Assembly: GCA_050258175.1 (NCBI GenBank)
Contig: JBLMYH010000204.1
Location: forward strand, 1-35,922
From: Hyphomicrobiaceae bacterium
GTDB taxonomy: Bacteria > Pseudomonadota > Gammaproteobacteria > Burkholderiales > Thiobacillaceae
Direction: 5' to 3'
Length of the DNA stretch: 35,922 nucleotides
Numbering within the stretch: position 1 is the first letter of the stretch; each line of letters begins with the position of its first letter. The position numbers and the translations under genes are program-made. The notes beneath the pieces were generated by a model. The model did no database searches. It worked only from the letters and a program-made list of their open reading frames with translations, and was not told the DNA's origin. Shown here one piece after another: positions 1 through 12,629 of this stretch.

Positions 1-20
1 CCCCATCGAGATAAGCGCCC

Positions 21-365
21 ATGAGCCGACTGCCCAAATCCTTGCAGGCATGGAAGACCCCCGCATTCAGGGATGTCCTCAAGCAGGAAATAGAACAGCT
101 GGATGCCGGAGGCCTCCCGCTGCAGCAGGGCCTGTCGTCCAGCAGCTATGTGACCGACCGGCCTTTCCAGGCGATGATCATCAGCGTGGGCGAGGAAGCC
201 GGCCTGATCCGGGTCAAAGCGGGGATTTTCTACACGGGGGTGATTGCCGGCTGCAGCTGCGCGGACGATCCCACGCCCATCGACGAACAGACTGAATACT
301 GTGTGCTGCAGTTCGATATCGACGGCACCACTGCCGACACCGCGGTGACGCTTCTCCCGGAGTAA
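21..365 (+). CDS. Hypothetical protein (114 aa) with a GCSCADDP motif
   Basis: Compact ORF with protein-like composition; contains AGIFYTGVIAGCSCADDP and a further Cys (EYC). No family recognised with certainty. Confidence 0.75.
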   Translation: MSRLPKSLQAWKTPAFRDVLKQEIEQLDAGGLPLQQGLSSSSYVTDRPFQAMIISVGEEAGLIRVKAGIFYTGVIAGCSCADDPTPIDEQTEYCVLQFDIDGTTADTAVTLLPE

Positions 366-540
366 GTCGCGCGCACGCGCAAGCCAGGATCGCGCCGGGC
401 CATGACAACTGCAGATGCCAGGTGAATTTCGGCGCCACGACGGCCGTGGCGCGATGTTCTGCCACGCTCGCCTAGGGCGTGCAGCAGCCGATAAGGACGA
501 TTTTTTCGCTTTTCTGGACCTCGCGCCGCTGCGCGGAGCG

Positions 541-1407
541 CTAGACGGAGGCTTTTCCCTCGGGTGCGCCTGCGGCGAGCTCCAGTTCTTCGGCATACGA
601 CCTGCTGGGGTACTGGAAGGCCACCGGCCCATCAGGCTCCGCGTGGACGAATTGGTGGACGAAGGGATCGGCGGAGTCAGCCATCGCGGCAGCCTCGCCT
701 TCGGCAACGACCACGCCGTCGTGGATGAAATAGACGTAATCGGAGACTTTCAGCGACTCCGACACATCGTAGGTCACCACAATCGAGGTCAGGCCGAGCG
801 CATCGTTGAGTCGCCGGATCAGGTTTGCGATGGTATTGAGCGATATCGGGTCGAGTCCGGCGAAAGGCTCGTCGTACATGATCAGTCTGGGATCGAGCGC
901 GATCGCCCGGGCGAGCGCCACCCGGCGCTCCATGCCCCCGGACAGTTCTGCGGTTCGCAGGGCGTGGGCTCCGCGCAGACCGACGGCATGCAGTTTCATC
1001 AGCACCAGATCGTGGATAACGTCTTCCGGGAGATCGGTGTGCTCGCGCATCGGATAGGCAATGTTGTCGAATACCGATAGATCGCTGAACAAGCCGCTGA
1101 CCTGGAACATCATCCCCATCTGACGCCGCATTGCGTAGAGGCCTGCGTTGTCGAGCTCGTGGACGACCTGGCCATCGAAGCGCACGCTGCCGCGCAATGG
1201 CTGAAGCTGACCGCCAAGATGACGCAGCAGCGTCGTCTTGCCGCAGCCGCTGACGCCCAGAATGGCAACGACCTTGCCCCTGGGTATCGAAAGATTGACG
1301 CCTTTCAGAACCGCATTGTCGTCATACGAAAAATGCAGATCGCGTACCTCAACCAGCGTGTCTGTCGGCTGGCCCGGGGCACCCGGTTGGAAAATGGGCT
1401 GCTTCAT
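541..1407 (-). CDS. ABC transporter ATP-binding protein, MlaF/Ttg2A-like
   Basis: Walker A GVSGCGKTT, signature LSGGMERRVALARA, Walker B/D-loop LIMYDEPFAGLDP and MlaF-type C-terminus DPFVHQFVHAEPDGPVAFQYP. The H-loop reads VVTYD instead of VVTHD. Confidence 0.9.
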   Translation of the reverse strand: MKQPIFQPGAPGQPTDTLVEVRDLHFSYDDNAVLKGVNLSIPRGKVVAILGVSGCGKTTLLRHLGGQLQPLRGSVRFDGQVVHELDNAGLYAMRRQMGMMFQVSGLFSDLSVFDNIAYPMREHTDLPEDVIHDLVLMKLHAVGLRGAHALRTAELSGGMERRVALARAIALDPRLIMYDEPFAGLDPISLNTIANLIRRLNDALGLTSIVVTYDVSESLKVSDYVYFIHDGVVVAEGEAAAMADSADPFVHQFVHAEPDGPVAFQYPSRSYAEELELAAGAPEGKASV

Positions 1408-1428
1408 GTCATTCGATCCGTGAATAGT

Positions 1429-2505
1429 TCAGACCGCCGCCAGTAGCGCATCGGGCGCTTCCAGCGCGGATTTAACCGCCACCAGAAACTGCACTGCGTC
1501 GCGCCCGTCGATCAGGCGGTGGTCGTAGGTAAGCGCCAGATACATCATCGGACGAATCACGACCTGGCCGTTTTCCGCGACGGGACGCTCCTGGATGGTG
1601 TGCATGCCGAGAATCGCCGACTGCGGCGGGTTGAGAATGGGCGTGGAAAGCAGCGAACCGAACACCCCGCCGTTGGTGATGGAGAACGTGCCACCGCTCA
1701 GTTCTTCAAGGGTAAGTTTCGCCTCGCGCGCGCGGCGGGCGAAGTCGGCGATCGCCGCTTCGATTTGTGCGGACGACAGCGTCTGCGCGCGACGCAGGAT
1801 CGGCACCACCAGTCCGCGCGGACTGGAGATCGCGATCCCGATGTCGGCATCGCCCTGCCACACGATGTCGGTGCCGTCGATGGCGGCATTGACGACGGGA
1901 AACTGCTGCAGCGCCTGGCACACCGCGCGCACGAAGAACGACATGTAGCCAAGCTTGACGCCGTGCTTGATCTCGAATTCGGCCTTGAGGCGCTGGCGCA
2001 ACTCGTTGACCGGCTGCATGTTCACTTCGTTGAAGGTGGTGAGCATCGCGGCGGTGTGCTGCGCCGCGACCAGACGTTCCGCCACGCGGCTGCGCAGGCG
2101 CGACATCGGCTCACGGCGGCTTTCACCCGGCGCGACCGGCGGCGCCGCTGGTGCAGCGGGCAACGGCACCTTGGGCATGGGCGACGCCACCGCCGGCGTC
2201 GGCGCGACCGGCGCCGCCACGGCAGGTTGTACCGGCTTTTCGGCGACGACGGGCGCCACGACGTTCGCGCCGGTTTCGATCACGGCCACCACTTCGTCGG
2301 CCTTGACCACGGCGCCCTCGGGCTGGCGCAATTCGACCAGGGTGCCGGATGCCGGCGCCGGGATTTCCAGGATCACCTTGTCGGTTTCCAACTCGACCAG
2401 GGGTTCATCGCGCGCCACCGTCTCGCCGACCTGCTTGCGCCACGGCAGCAGGGTGCCGCTGGCAACCGAATCGGAGAGCTGCGGAACGCGGACCTCAAGT
2501 CTCAT
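1429..2505 (-). CDS. sucB: Dihydrolipoamide succinyltransferase (2-oxoglutarate dehydrogenase E2)
   Basis: Lipoyl domain (ELETDKV), Ala/Pro linker, catalytic domain with [41 protein letters not shown] and YDHRLIDG; overlaps the end of sucA. Confidence 0.95.
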   Translation of the reverse strand: MRLEVRVPQLSDSVASGTLLPWRKQVGETVARDEPLVELETDKVILEIPAPASGTLVELRQPEGAVVKADEVVAVIETGANVVAPVVAEKPVQPAVAAPVAPTPAVASPMPKVPLPAAPAAPPVAPGESRREPMSRLRSRVAERLVAAQHTAAMLTTFNEVNMQPVNELRQRLKAEFEIKHGVKLGYMSFFVRAVCQALQQFPVVNAAIDGTDIVWQGDADIGIAISSPRGLVVPILRRAQTLSSAQIEAAIADFARRAREAKLTLEELSGGTFSITNGGVFGSLLSTPILNPPQSAILGMHTIQERPVAENGQVVIRPMMYLALTYDHRLIDGRDAVQFLVAVKSALEAPDALLAAV

Positions 2506-5191
2506 AGGAAGTCTCCAGCGCGTCGTTCAGCAACGCCTCCAGCTCCGCCCGATGGCGGGACACATAGCCCGACGCCGGCGCGGCAGCGGCGGGACGGCCA
2601 GCGTAGAAGAAACGCCGGCCGGCGGGGGCGCAGTGGTTGAGATGGTGCAGGGTCTGGAACCATGCGCCCTGGTTCATCGGTTCTTCCTGCGCCCAGACGA
2701 ATGTCCCGGCCTGCGGGTAGGCCTTCAAAACTCCACGGAACGCAACCTCGGGGAAAGGATAAAGCTGTTCGATACGCACCAGCGCAACGTCGTCCAGCCC
2801 GCGTGCAGCGCGCGCCGCCTCAAGGTCGAACCACACGCGCCCGCTGCACGCCACGACGCGTCTTGCATCACGCGGCGCACGCGGATCGTCGATGACCGGC
2901 AGGAACGATCCGCTACTCAGATCTTCCAGCCGCGAGGTGGAAGCCGGATAACGCAGCAGGCTCTTGGGGCTCATGATCACCAGCGGTTTGCGCTGCGGAC
3001 GCACGATCTGCCTGCGCAACAGGTGGAACATCTGCGCCGGCAGGGTCGGTACGCAGACCTGGATGTTGTCCTGCGCGCACAGTTGCAGAAAGCGTTCGAG
3101 GCGGGCGGAGGAATGTTCGGGGCCCTGCCCTTCCAGCCCATGCGGCAGCATCAGGGTGAGGCCGCACAAGCGTCCCCACTTGGCCTCGCCGCTGGCGATG
3201 AACTGGTCGATCACAACCTGCGCACCATTCGCGAAATCGCCGAACTGCGCCTCCCACACCACCAGGGTGTCGGGATCGGCGGTGGCATAGCCGTATTCGT
3301 ATGCCAGCACGGCCTCTTCCGACAGAAGCGAATCGATGATGGTGAAATCGCCCTGCCGTTCGTGGATGTGTTCAAGCGGCACATAGACGCCACTCTGGCG
3401 GCGCTCGCGCTTCTGGTCGTGCCATACGGCATGCCGGTGGAAGAAGGTGCCGCGCGCCGCATCCTGCCCCGATACCCGAACGTTGTAGCCCGAATCCAGC
3501 AGCGAGGCGTAAGCCAGCGTCTCGGCGTAGCCCCAGTCCAACGGCAGTTCGCCAGCGCACATCTTGCGGCGATCGTCCAGCACTTTGGCCACCCGCGAAT
3601 GCAATTCGACCTCGTGTTGCAGTGTGGTGATGCGCTCGCCGAGGAAAGCCAGGCGTTTGGCGGTCACGGCGGTGGCCACCTCGTCAGCAGGACCGCGCTT
3701 GAAGCGGCTCCAGTCGGTGCCGAAGGCCCGTTTGAAATCGGATAGAAGCGGCGGGCTGGTGGATTCGCCGTGCTCCAGCCGCTCGCGGCAGACATCGACC
3801 ATGTCGTCGGCCTGCGCCTGGGTCAGCACCCCTTCCTCCACCAGGCGCTGCGCGTACAGCACGCGCGTGCTGGGGTGAGCCTGGATGCGACGATACATCA
3901 GCGGCTGGGTAGCGAGCGGCTCGTCCTGCTCGTTGTGGCCGTGACGGCGATAGCACACCAGGTCGATGAAGCAGTTTTTGTGAAAGGTGTAGCGGAAGTC
4001 GACCGCGGTCTGCACCGCAAAGGCCACCGCTTCGGGATCGTCACCGTTGACGTGCAGGACCGGCGCCTCGACCATCTTGGCAACGTCGGTGCAGTACAGG
4101 GTCGAGCGGACGTCGCGCGGGTCGGAGGTGGTGAAGCCGATCTGGTTGTTGATGACGATGTGGATCGCGCCGCCATTCCTGAAGCCGCGCGTCTGCGACA
4201 TGTTGAGGCTCTCCATCACCACGCCCTGCCCCGACAGCGCGGCGTCGCCGTGCAGGATCACCGGCACCACCTCGTAGCCGAGCACGTCGCCACGCCGGTC
4301 TTGGCGCGCCCGCACCGAGCCGCGCACAACCGGGTGGACGATTTCGAGATGCGACGGATTGAATGCTAGCGCCAGATGGACCGGACCGTAAGCCGTGGTG
4401 GTGTCGAACGAAAAGCCCTGATGATATTTCACGTCGCCCGACAGCGGCGAACCCGGGGCGCCATTTTGCGGCTCCTCGTATAGGCTTTCGACCGACCGCC
4501 CCATGATGTTGGCCAGCACGTTGATGCGCCCCCGGTGCGCCATCCCCATCACGATTTCCTTGGCGCCGTGACGGACACAACGCGCGATCACCTGGTCGAG
4601 CAGGGGAATCAGGCTCTCGCCGCCTTCGAGCGAAAAGCGCTTCTGCCCGACATGGCGCGTATGCAGGAATTTTTCCAGCGTCTCGGCGTCGGTCAGCCGC
4701 TTCAGCAACTGCTTCTTCAGGTCAGCGGACACCCCGAAGCGCCCCTGCGCCGACTCGATGCGTTCCTGCAGCCAGCGTTTGCGCGCCACATCGGTGATGT
4801 GCATGTACTCGACGCCGACATGACCACAATAGGCGCTCTGCAGTCGCTGCAGGATATCGGCCAGCGTGGTGCGCCCCACGCCGACCAGCGAGCCGCTCTC
4901 GAATTCGCGCGCCAAATCGGCCTCGGTCAGGCCGTAGTGCGCAGGGTCGAGTTCGGGCGTCGGCGGTGGTTCGAACCGCCGCAGCGGATCCAGGTCGGCC
5001 TGCCGCACCCCCAGATAGCGATAGGCATTGATCAGCCGCAGCACCGCAACCTGTGCGGCATCCGACCCGGCTGCCGCATCCGGCAGCGGCTGCTTCAGCC
5101 AGGGCGCTAGGGCGTCGTCGCCGAACTGTTCCAGATACGCCGCATTGCCGGCATACAACGGCGAAGTCAGATGCCAGTCGGGGGCGCTCAT
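2495..5191 (-). CDS. sucA: 2-oxoglutarate dehydrogenase E1 component
   Basis: [36 protein letters not shown], ThDP-binding [10 protein letters not shown]...[54 protein letters not shown]. Confidence 0.97.
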   Translation of the reverse strand: MSAPDWHLTSPLYAGNAAYLEQFGDDALAPWLKQPLPDAAAGSDAAQVAVLRLINAYRYLGVRQADLDPLRRFEPPPTPELDPAHYGLTEADLAREFESGSLVGVGRTTLADILQRLQSAYCGHVGVEYMHITDVARKRWLQERIESAQGRFGVSADLKKQLLKRLTDAETLEKFLHTRHVGQKRFSLEGGESLIPLLDQVIARCVRHGAKEIVMGMAHRGRINVLANIMGRSVESLYEEPQNGAPGSPLSGDVKYHQGFSFDTTTAYGPVHLALAFNPSHLEIVHPVVRGSVRARQDRRGDVLGYEVVPVILHGDAALSGQGVVMESLNMSQTRGFRNGGAIHIVINNQIGFTTSDPRDVRSTLYCTDVAKMVEAPVLHVNGDDPEAVAFAVQTAVDFRYTFHKNCFIDLVCYRRHGHNEQDEPLATQPLMYRRIQAHPSTRVLYAQRLVEEGVLTQAQADDMVDVCRERLEHGESTSPPLLSDFKRAFGTDWSRFKRGPADEVATAVTAKRLAFLGERITTLQHEVELHSRVAKVLDDRRKMCAGELPLDWGYAETLAYASLLDSGYNVRVSGQDAARGTFFHRHAVWHDQKRERRQSGVYVPLEHIHERQGDFTIIDSLLSEEAVLAYEYGYATADPDTLVVWEAQFGDFANGAQVVIDQFIASGEAKWGRLCGLTLMLPHGLEGQGPEHSSARLERFLQLCAQDNIQVCVPTLPAQMFHLLRRQIVRPQRKPLVIMSPKSLLRYPASTSRLEDLSSGSFLPVIDDPRAPRDARRVVACSGRVWFDLEAARAARGLDDVALVRIEQLYPFPEVAFRGVLKAYPQAGTFVWAQEEPMNQGAWFQTLHHLNHCAPAGRRFFYAGRPAAAAPASGYVSRHRAELEALLNDALETSYET

Positions 5192-5215
5192 GGAAATCGA
5201 TCCCTGGGCGGCCCG

Positions 5216-6510
<1,295 letters not shown>

Positions 6511-6514
<4 letters not shown>

Positions 6515-6762
6515 GATTCCAAAAGTGTTGCTGCCCGAAAATCCTGCAGGCGTTGAACAATCGCTTCCAGTTCGGCATCGCCCACGGACGACCTGCCTTG
6601 CAGCCGATCGATAATCTCCATGTCGGACAGGCCCAGCAGCCGCGCCAGGGCGGCCGCCTCGCAAGGCTGAAGTGTAGCGCGGTGCGCCTCCAGAAAGCCA
6701 CCCAGCCAGAGGTCGAGTTCGAGCAATCCGCGGCGGCAGTGCCAGGCCAGCGCGTCAGACAC
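6511..6762 (-). CDS. sdhE: Succinate dehydrogenase flavinylation/assembly factor SdhE (YgfY/SDHAF2)
   Basis: [12 protein letters not shown] contains the RGxxE motif; 83 aa; lies between sdhB and gltA. Confidence 0.9.
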
Positions 6763-7453
6763 GGCGCTTCACCAGCAGCGACTTGATGCGGCCGATCGCC
6801 GCAGTCGGATTCAGGCCCTTGGGGCAAGCGTCCACGCAGTTCATGATGCCGCGGCAGCGGTACAGCCGGTATGGATCTTCGAGGTTGTCGAGCCGCGCGG
6901 CGGTCGCCTCGTCGCGCGAATCCGCGATGAAGCGATAGGCCTGCAGCAATCCGGCGGGGCCAACAAAGGTCTCGGGATTCCACCAGAACGACGGACACGC
7001 GGTCGTGCAGCACGCGCACAGGATGCACTCGTAGGCGCCATCGAGCAGTGCGCGGTCTTCGGGGCTCTGCAGGCGTTCCACCTCGGGTTCGGCTTCGTCG
7101 TTAATGAGCCAGGGCTTGATCGACCGGTACTGCTTGTAGAACGGCTCCATGTCGACGATAAGGTCGCGAATCACCGGCAGCCCCGGCAGCGGCCGCACCT
7201 CGACGGGCTGCTTCAGTTCGCTCAAGGGCGTGATGCACGCCAGCCGGTTCTTGCCATTCACGTTCACAGCATCCGAGCCGCACACGCCCTCGCGGCAGGA
7301 ACGGCGCAGCGACAGGGTTTCGTCCTGCGCCTTGATCGCCAGCAGAGCGTCGAGCAGCATCTTGCCGGCGGGGTCGAGGTCGAGGTCGACATCCTGCATG
7401 AAGGGCCGCTCGCCCGATTCGGGGTGGTAGCGGTAGACGCGGAATTTCATCAA
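6755..7453 (-). CDS. sdhB: Succinate dehydrogenase iron-sulfur subunit
   Basis: [13 protein letters not shown]...LAC (2Fe-2S), [36 protein letters not shown]. Confidence 0.97.
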   Translation of the reverse strand: MMKFRVYRYHPESGERPFMQDVDLDLDPAGKMLLDALLAIKAQDETLSLRRSCREGVCGSDAVNVNGKNRLACITPLSELKQPVEVRPLPGLPVIRDLIVDMEPFYKQYRSIKPWLINDEAEPEVERLQSPEDRALLDGAYECILCACCTTACPSFWWNPETFVGPAGLLQAYRFIADSRDEATAARLDNLEDPYRLYRCRGIMNCVDACPKGLNPTAAIGRIKSLLVKRRV

Positions 7454-9204
7454 TACACCCGCTCCTTCGGCCGTATCGACTCCACCGTCAACGGCTTCAG
7501 CCGCACCGGCTTGGCATCCACCTGATCCCCCGCCAGCGAATACAGCGTGTGCTTCAACCAGTGCTCATCGTCGCGCGCGGGAAAATCCTCCCGCGTATGC
7601 GCACCGCGACTCTCGGTACGGTGGATCGCCGACACCAGCGTCGCGCGCGCCACCGCCATCAGGTTTTCCAGTTCCAGCGCATCGATGCGCGCCGTGTTGA
7701 ACACCCGACTCGTATCCTGCAGACCGGCATGCGCCAGACGATCTTCCAGTTCGGTCAGCTTTTCCAGCCCCTCGCGCAACATTGCGTCGGTGCGGAACAC
7801 GCCGGCATGCGTCTGCATCAGCCGCCGCAGGTCATCGCTTATCGCCGCCACCCGTTCGCTGCCGGGCTGCTCCCAGCGCTGCAGCCGCGCCCAACTGGCC
7901 TCTGCCGCATCGTCGGGCAAGGCGCGCGGATAGGGATTGTCGCGCAGGTAGTCCAGCATGTGCTTGCCCGCGGCACGGCCGAACACGATCAGGTCAAGCA
8001 GCGAGTTGCCGCCCAGGCGGTTGGCGCCATGCACCGACACGCACGCGCATTCGCCGGCGGCATACAGCCCGGGCACCGGCTCCTCGGGGCCATAGCGTGC
8101 CGGGGCGACGACCTGGCCGTGCAGGTTGGTGGGGATGCCGCCCATCATGTAGTGCGCCGTGGGGGCGACCGGGATGGGCTTCTCGACCGGGTCGACGCCG
8201 GCGAAGCGGATCGCCAGATCGCGGATGCCCGGCAGTTTCTCGGCAATGGCTGTTTCGCCCAGGTGGTCGAGCTTGATGTCGACGTAATCGCCGCGCGGCC
8301 CGCAGCCGCGCCCCTCGGCAATCTCGATGGCGATGGCGCGCGCCACCACGTCGCGCCCGGCGAGGTCTTTCGCATGCGGCGCATAGCGCTCCATGAAACG
8401 CTCGCCGTGCCTGTTCAAAAGGTAACCGCCCTCGCCGCGCACCCCCTCGGTGATGAGGCAGCCGACGCCGGCGATGCCGGTGGGATGGAACTGCCAGAAC
8501 TCCATGTCCTGCAGCGGCAGGCCGGCGCGCAGCACCATGCCGAGCCCGTCGCCGGTGTTGATCATCGCGTTGCTGCTGTTCCAGAACACCCGCCCTGCCC
8601 CACCGGTGGCGAGCAAGGTGGTGCGCGCCTCGATCAGCAGCGGTTCGCCGGTCTCGATGCTCATGGCCGTGACGCCGAGGCAATAGCCCGCTGCGTCGCG
8701 CAGCAGATCGAGCGCGAAGTATTCGTCGAAGAACTGCGTGCGGTGCTGGATGTTCTGCTGGTATAGCGTGTGCAGCAACGCATGGCCGGTACGGTCGGCC
8801 GCGGCGCAGGTGCGCGTGGCCTGCTCGCCGCCGAAGTTCTTGGATTGGCCGCCAAAGGGACGCTGGTAGATCTTGCCGCTGTCGAGCCGCGAGAACGGCA
8901 AGCCCATGTGTTCGAGCTCGTAGACCGCCGAGGCCGCCTCGCGGCACATGAACTCAATCGCGTCCTGGTCGCCGAGCCAGTCGCCGCCCTTGACCGTGTC
9001 GTACATGTGCCATTCCCAGCGATCGTCGTCGACATTGGCGAGCGCTGCGGTGATGCCGCCCTGCGCCGACACGGTGTGCGAGCGCGTCGGGAAGACCTTC
9101 GACACCACTGCGACCTTGTAATCCGAACGTGCCAGCTGCAGCGCTGCGCGCAGGCCGGCACCGCCGCCGCCGATAATGAGGGCATCGAAGCGGCGCGCGT
9201 TCAT
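7450..9204 (-). CDS. sdhA: Succinate dehydrogenase flavoprotein subunit
   Basis: [23 protein letters not shown] (covalent FAD His), [44 protein letters not shown]. Start placed at ATG 9204 (MNARRFD), overlapping the sdhD stop. Confidence 0.97.
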   Translation of the reverse strand: MNARRFDALIIGGGGAGLRAALQLARSDYKVAVVSKVFPTRSHTVSAQGGITAALANVDDDRWEWHMYDTVKGGDWLGDQDAIEFMCREAASAVYELEHMGLPFSRLDSGKIYQRPFGGQSKNFGGEQATRTCAAADRTGHALLHTLYQQNIQHRTQFFDEYFALDLLRDAAGYCLGVTAMSIETGEPLLIEARTTLLATGGAGRVFWNSSNAMINTGDGLGMVLRAGLPLQDMEFWQFHPTGIAGVGCLITEGVRGEGGYLLNRHGERFMERYAPHAKDLAGRDVVARAIAIEIAEGRGCGPRGDYVDIKLDHLGETAIAEKLPGIRDLAIRFAGVDPVEKPIPVAPTAHYMMGGIPTNLHGQVVAPARYGPEEPVPGLYAAGECACVSVHGANRLGGNSLLDLIVFGRAAGKHMLDYLRDNPYPRALPDDAAEASWARLQRWEQPGSERVAAISDDLRRLMQTHAGVFRTDAMLREGLEKLTELEDRLAHAGLQDTSRVFNTARIDALELENLMAVARATLVSAIHRTESRGAHTREDFPARDDEHWLKHTLYSLAGDQVDAKPVRLKPLTVESIRPKERVY

Positions 9205-9545
9205 GCGGCGCCCCACAAGACGGCGGCCAACCACGCGACGCTGCCCGCCAGGGTGACGATCACCACCAGATACAGGGGCAGACGCAGGGCCGTGGAACGA
9301 ACGTAGTCCATGAAAATGTCGCGCATCCCCACCCAGGCATGCAGCGCGAGTGCAGTTCCGGTGAGCAGCATCAGCAGACGCATGCCCGGCGGCGAGAACA
9401 GCGCCTGCCAAGCCGCGAAATCGGTCGGCAAGGCAGCCAGGAAACGAATCGCCAAGCCCGGCACGGCCATCGCCAGCACCACGGCCGTGGCACGCTGCAC
9501 CAGCCAGGTTCCGGTACCGGTATGCGCGCCGGTGGCCGTTTTCAT
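9201..9545 (-). CDS. sdhD: Succinate dehydrogenase hydrophobic membrane anchor
   Basis: [11 protein letters not shown] and [13 protein letters not shown] (heme His, DY quinone motif); three hydrophobic segments; ATG 9545 overlaps the sdhC stop. Confidence 0.92.
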   Translation of the reverse strand: MKTATGAHTGTGTWLVQRATAVVLAMAVPGLAIRFLAALPTDFAAWQALFSPPGMRLLMLLTGTALALHAWVGMRDIFMDYVRSTALRLPLYLVVIVTLAGSVAWLAAVLWGAA

Positions 9546-9922
9546 GCGAACAACCTCCAGGCAGCGAGCAGCGTGACCAGCCCGGCCGCCAGCATCACCG
9601 CGAGGCTGCTCTGCCGCGCCCGCTCCAGACTTAGGCCCCAATTGATGTCAAGCGCCAGATGACGCAAGCCGGCGAAGAAATGGTGCGTGAACGCCCAGAC
9701 CCCGAGCAGAAGAAACAGCTTTGCCAGCGGATCTGCCGCCCAATCGGCCACGCGCCGAAAACCGTCCTCGCTCGCCAGCGACACCGACAAGGCCCACACG
9801 CCGAGCGGCACCGCCACAAACAGCAGCACGCCCGACACCCGATGCAGGATCGACACCCAGCCGGCCAGCGGCAAATGGATGCGCAACAGATCGAGGTAAA
9901 CGGGGCGCGCGATCGGTTTCAC
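9542..9922 (-). CDS. sdhC: Succinate dehydrogenase cytochrome b556 subunit
   Basis: [29 protein letters not shown]; GTG start preceded by an AAGGAG ribosome-binding site. Confidence 0.94.
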   Translation of the reverse strand: MKPIARPVYLDLLRIHLPLAGWVSILHRVSGVLLFVAVPLGVWALSVSLASEDGFRRVADWAADPLAKLFLLLGVWAFTHHFFAGLRHLALDINWGLSLERARQSSLAVMLAAGLVTLLAAWRLFA

Positions 9923-9948
9923 GGCACGGCTCCTTCCCGGTATGCGGC

Positions 9949-11172
<1,224 letters not shown>

Positions 11173-11207
11173 GGAAGACATGCGAGCGGATTGAACAAGC
11201 CGCCATT

Positions 11208-11226
11208 ATCGCGGATTATCCGCGAT
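11208..11226. promoter_or_regulatory. Perfect palindrome ATCGCGGA-TTA-TCCGCGAT upstream of the malic enzyme/sdh cluster
   Basis: 8-3-8 inverted repeat between the fliA stop and the malic enzyme start; overlaps a minus-strand GATAAT -10-like hexamer at 11205-11210. Confidence 0.45.
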
Positions 11227-11237
11227 CCGTGCCCGCG

Positions 11238-11948
11238 TCAGTCTTTCCAGATCTTCAACTGGGCACGCAGGCGCGCGACCGCCTGCGAATGGAGCTGGCA
11301 CACGCGCGATTCGGATACACCAAGCACGGCGCCAATCTCCTTCAGGTTCATGTCCTGTTCGTAGTACATGCCCATCATGCTGCGCTCGCGTTCTGGCAGA
11401 TGGTGGATTGCGGCAATCAGGCTGTCACGGAAGCCTTCGTCTTCCAGCACGGCCAGCGGGTCATTGCTGCCGTCGACCAGATAGCGCTCGAGGAAGCTGG
11501 CGCTGTCTTCATCCGAGAAATCTTCGTAGTACAGCAGTTGGGAACACTTCACGTCGCCCAGCATGGCTTGATACTGATCGATGGGCATGCCCAGTTCGGC
11601 GGAAATTTCCTGCTCGGTCGGCGACTTGCCATTACGCTGTTCCAGCCGGTGGATAGCGGATTCGATCTGACGCGATTTCTGCCGCACGTGGCGCGGCAGC
11701 CAGTCAGCCTCGCGCAGTTCGTCGAGCATGGCGCCACGGATGCGCTGGGTGGCATAGGATTCGAACTGCGCGCCCTGGGTGCCGTCGAAGCGCCCGACCG
11801 CGTCCATCAGGCCGATCAGTCCGACCTGGATGAGGTCGTCGACCTCGACGCTGGCGGGCAGGCGCGCCATCATGTGATACGCAATGCGCTTGACCAGTGG
11901 CGCATATTTGGTGATCTGTTCGTCTTGCGACGAGGGTTTACCAGCCAT
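11238..11948 (-). CDS. fliA: Flagellar sigma factor sigma-28
   Basis: PLVKRIAYHMMARLPASVEVDDLIQVG, FESYATQRIRGAMLDELR, region 4 LKEIGAVLGVSESRVCQLHSQA. Confidence 0.97.
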   Translation of the reverse strand: MAGKPSSQDEQITKYAPLVKRIAYHMMARLPASVEVDDLIQVGLIGLMDAVGRFDGTQGAQFESYATQRIRGAMLDELREADWLPRHVRQKSRQIESAIHRLEQRNGKSPTEQEISAELGMPIDQYQAMLGDVKCSQLLYYEDFSDEDSASFLERYLVDGSNDPLAVLEDEGFRDSLIAAIHHLPERERSMMGMYYEQDMNLKEIGAVLGVSESRVCQLHSQAVARLRAQLKIWKD

Positions 11949-11972
11949 GTTTCAGGGTTTTCCTGTCTTTAT

Positions 11973-12629
11973 CTAACGAGCCCTCAGGCGCGTCTCCTCG
12001 TCCGCCATTCTAACGGCTAGCGCGGCAAATGCATCAATCTCGTGTGCCACGCTGAAGATGCTGCGTGCGCACCGCTGCCCGAGAAAGCGACAAGCCGCGA
12101 CCCGCACGCGCTCGCAAGCCAGGTGATCACCCAGCAAACCCACGCTGTACACGCCCCCCAGATACGCCAGGGTTTTGAGCAGCGCATAGGCATGCAGCAT
12201 CGATGCTTCCGTCCGTCGGATCTCAATGACCACTGTATGTGCCGCGCCCGGCAGCCGGGCAGGTTCGGCACCGTCCCACCCTGCGTCGAATAGCACATGG
12301 TCGTAACCGTTTACCAGGCCGGTCAATGCGGGCTCATCCGTGCCTATGCCGGGCGCGAACCAGCCCTCGCCATATGCCTGCGGCAGGGTATGCAGCTGTC
12401 TGCGTTCGAGCTGGCGCTTCCAGTCGAACAAACTGCGGGGAAAGGAAGCGCCAAAAAGACGGCCCTGCGTGTCGACCATAAGAAGCGTACGGCCGATTTG
12501 ATGCAATGCATGCGCCAGACGAACGCTCAAGTCGGGAGAATCTGCAAAGAAGCAGATGCTGCGCAGCGTTTGCCACGCGCCGGAAGGGCGTACACGCCGT
12601 CGCAACCCGGCTGCCTGGTCAGCCGGCAT
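11973..12629 (-). CDS. flhG: Degenerate FlhG/FleN (MinD-like) protein lacking a recognisable Walker A motif
   Basis: N-terminal DQAAGLRR (FlhG activator motif), LMVD, YDHVLFDAG, SMLHAYALLKTL; lies between flhF and fliA. Start placed at ATG 12629. Confidence 0.75.
   Translation of the reverse strand: MPADQAAGLRRRVRPSGAWQTLRSICFFADSPDLSVRLAHALHQIGRTLLMVDTQGRLFGASFPRSLFDWKRQLERRQLHTLPQAYGEGWFAPGIGTDEPALTGLVNGYDHVLFDAGWDGAEPARLPGAAHTVVIEIRRTEASMLHAYALLKTLAYLGGVYSVGLLGDHLACERVRVAACRFLGQRCARSIFSVAHEIDAFAALAVRMADEETRLRAR

Noticed and set aside
487-494. Perfect sigma-28 -10 element GCCGATAA
   Set aside because: There is no TAAA/TCAAG -35 at the proper spacing, and it points antisense into the ABC ATPase gene.
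1955-3745. Long plus-strand ORFs antisense to real genes (also 415..1080, 7549..8766, 9721..11364, 13845..15965, 20803..22926, and minus-strand 26945..28261)
   Set aside because: These are shadow ORFs produced by high-GC codon bias opposite well-supported genes; they have no recognisable motifs.
6515-6664. N-terminal extensions in the ORF track for gltA (also sdhA to 9411, sdhD to 9641, hscA to 20318, DUF3050-like to 18433, trmJ to 25059, S4 protein to 30100, methyltransferase from 28499)
   Set aside because: They overlap neighbouring real genes, and downstream starts fit homolog N-termini and stop/start coupling better.
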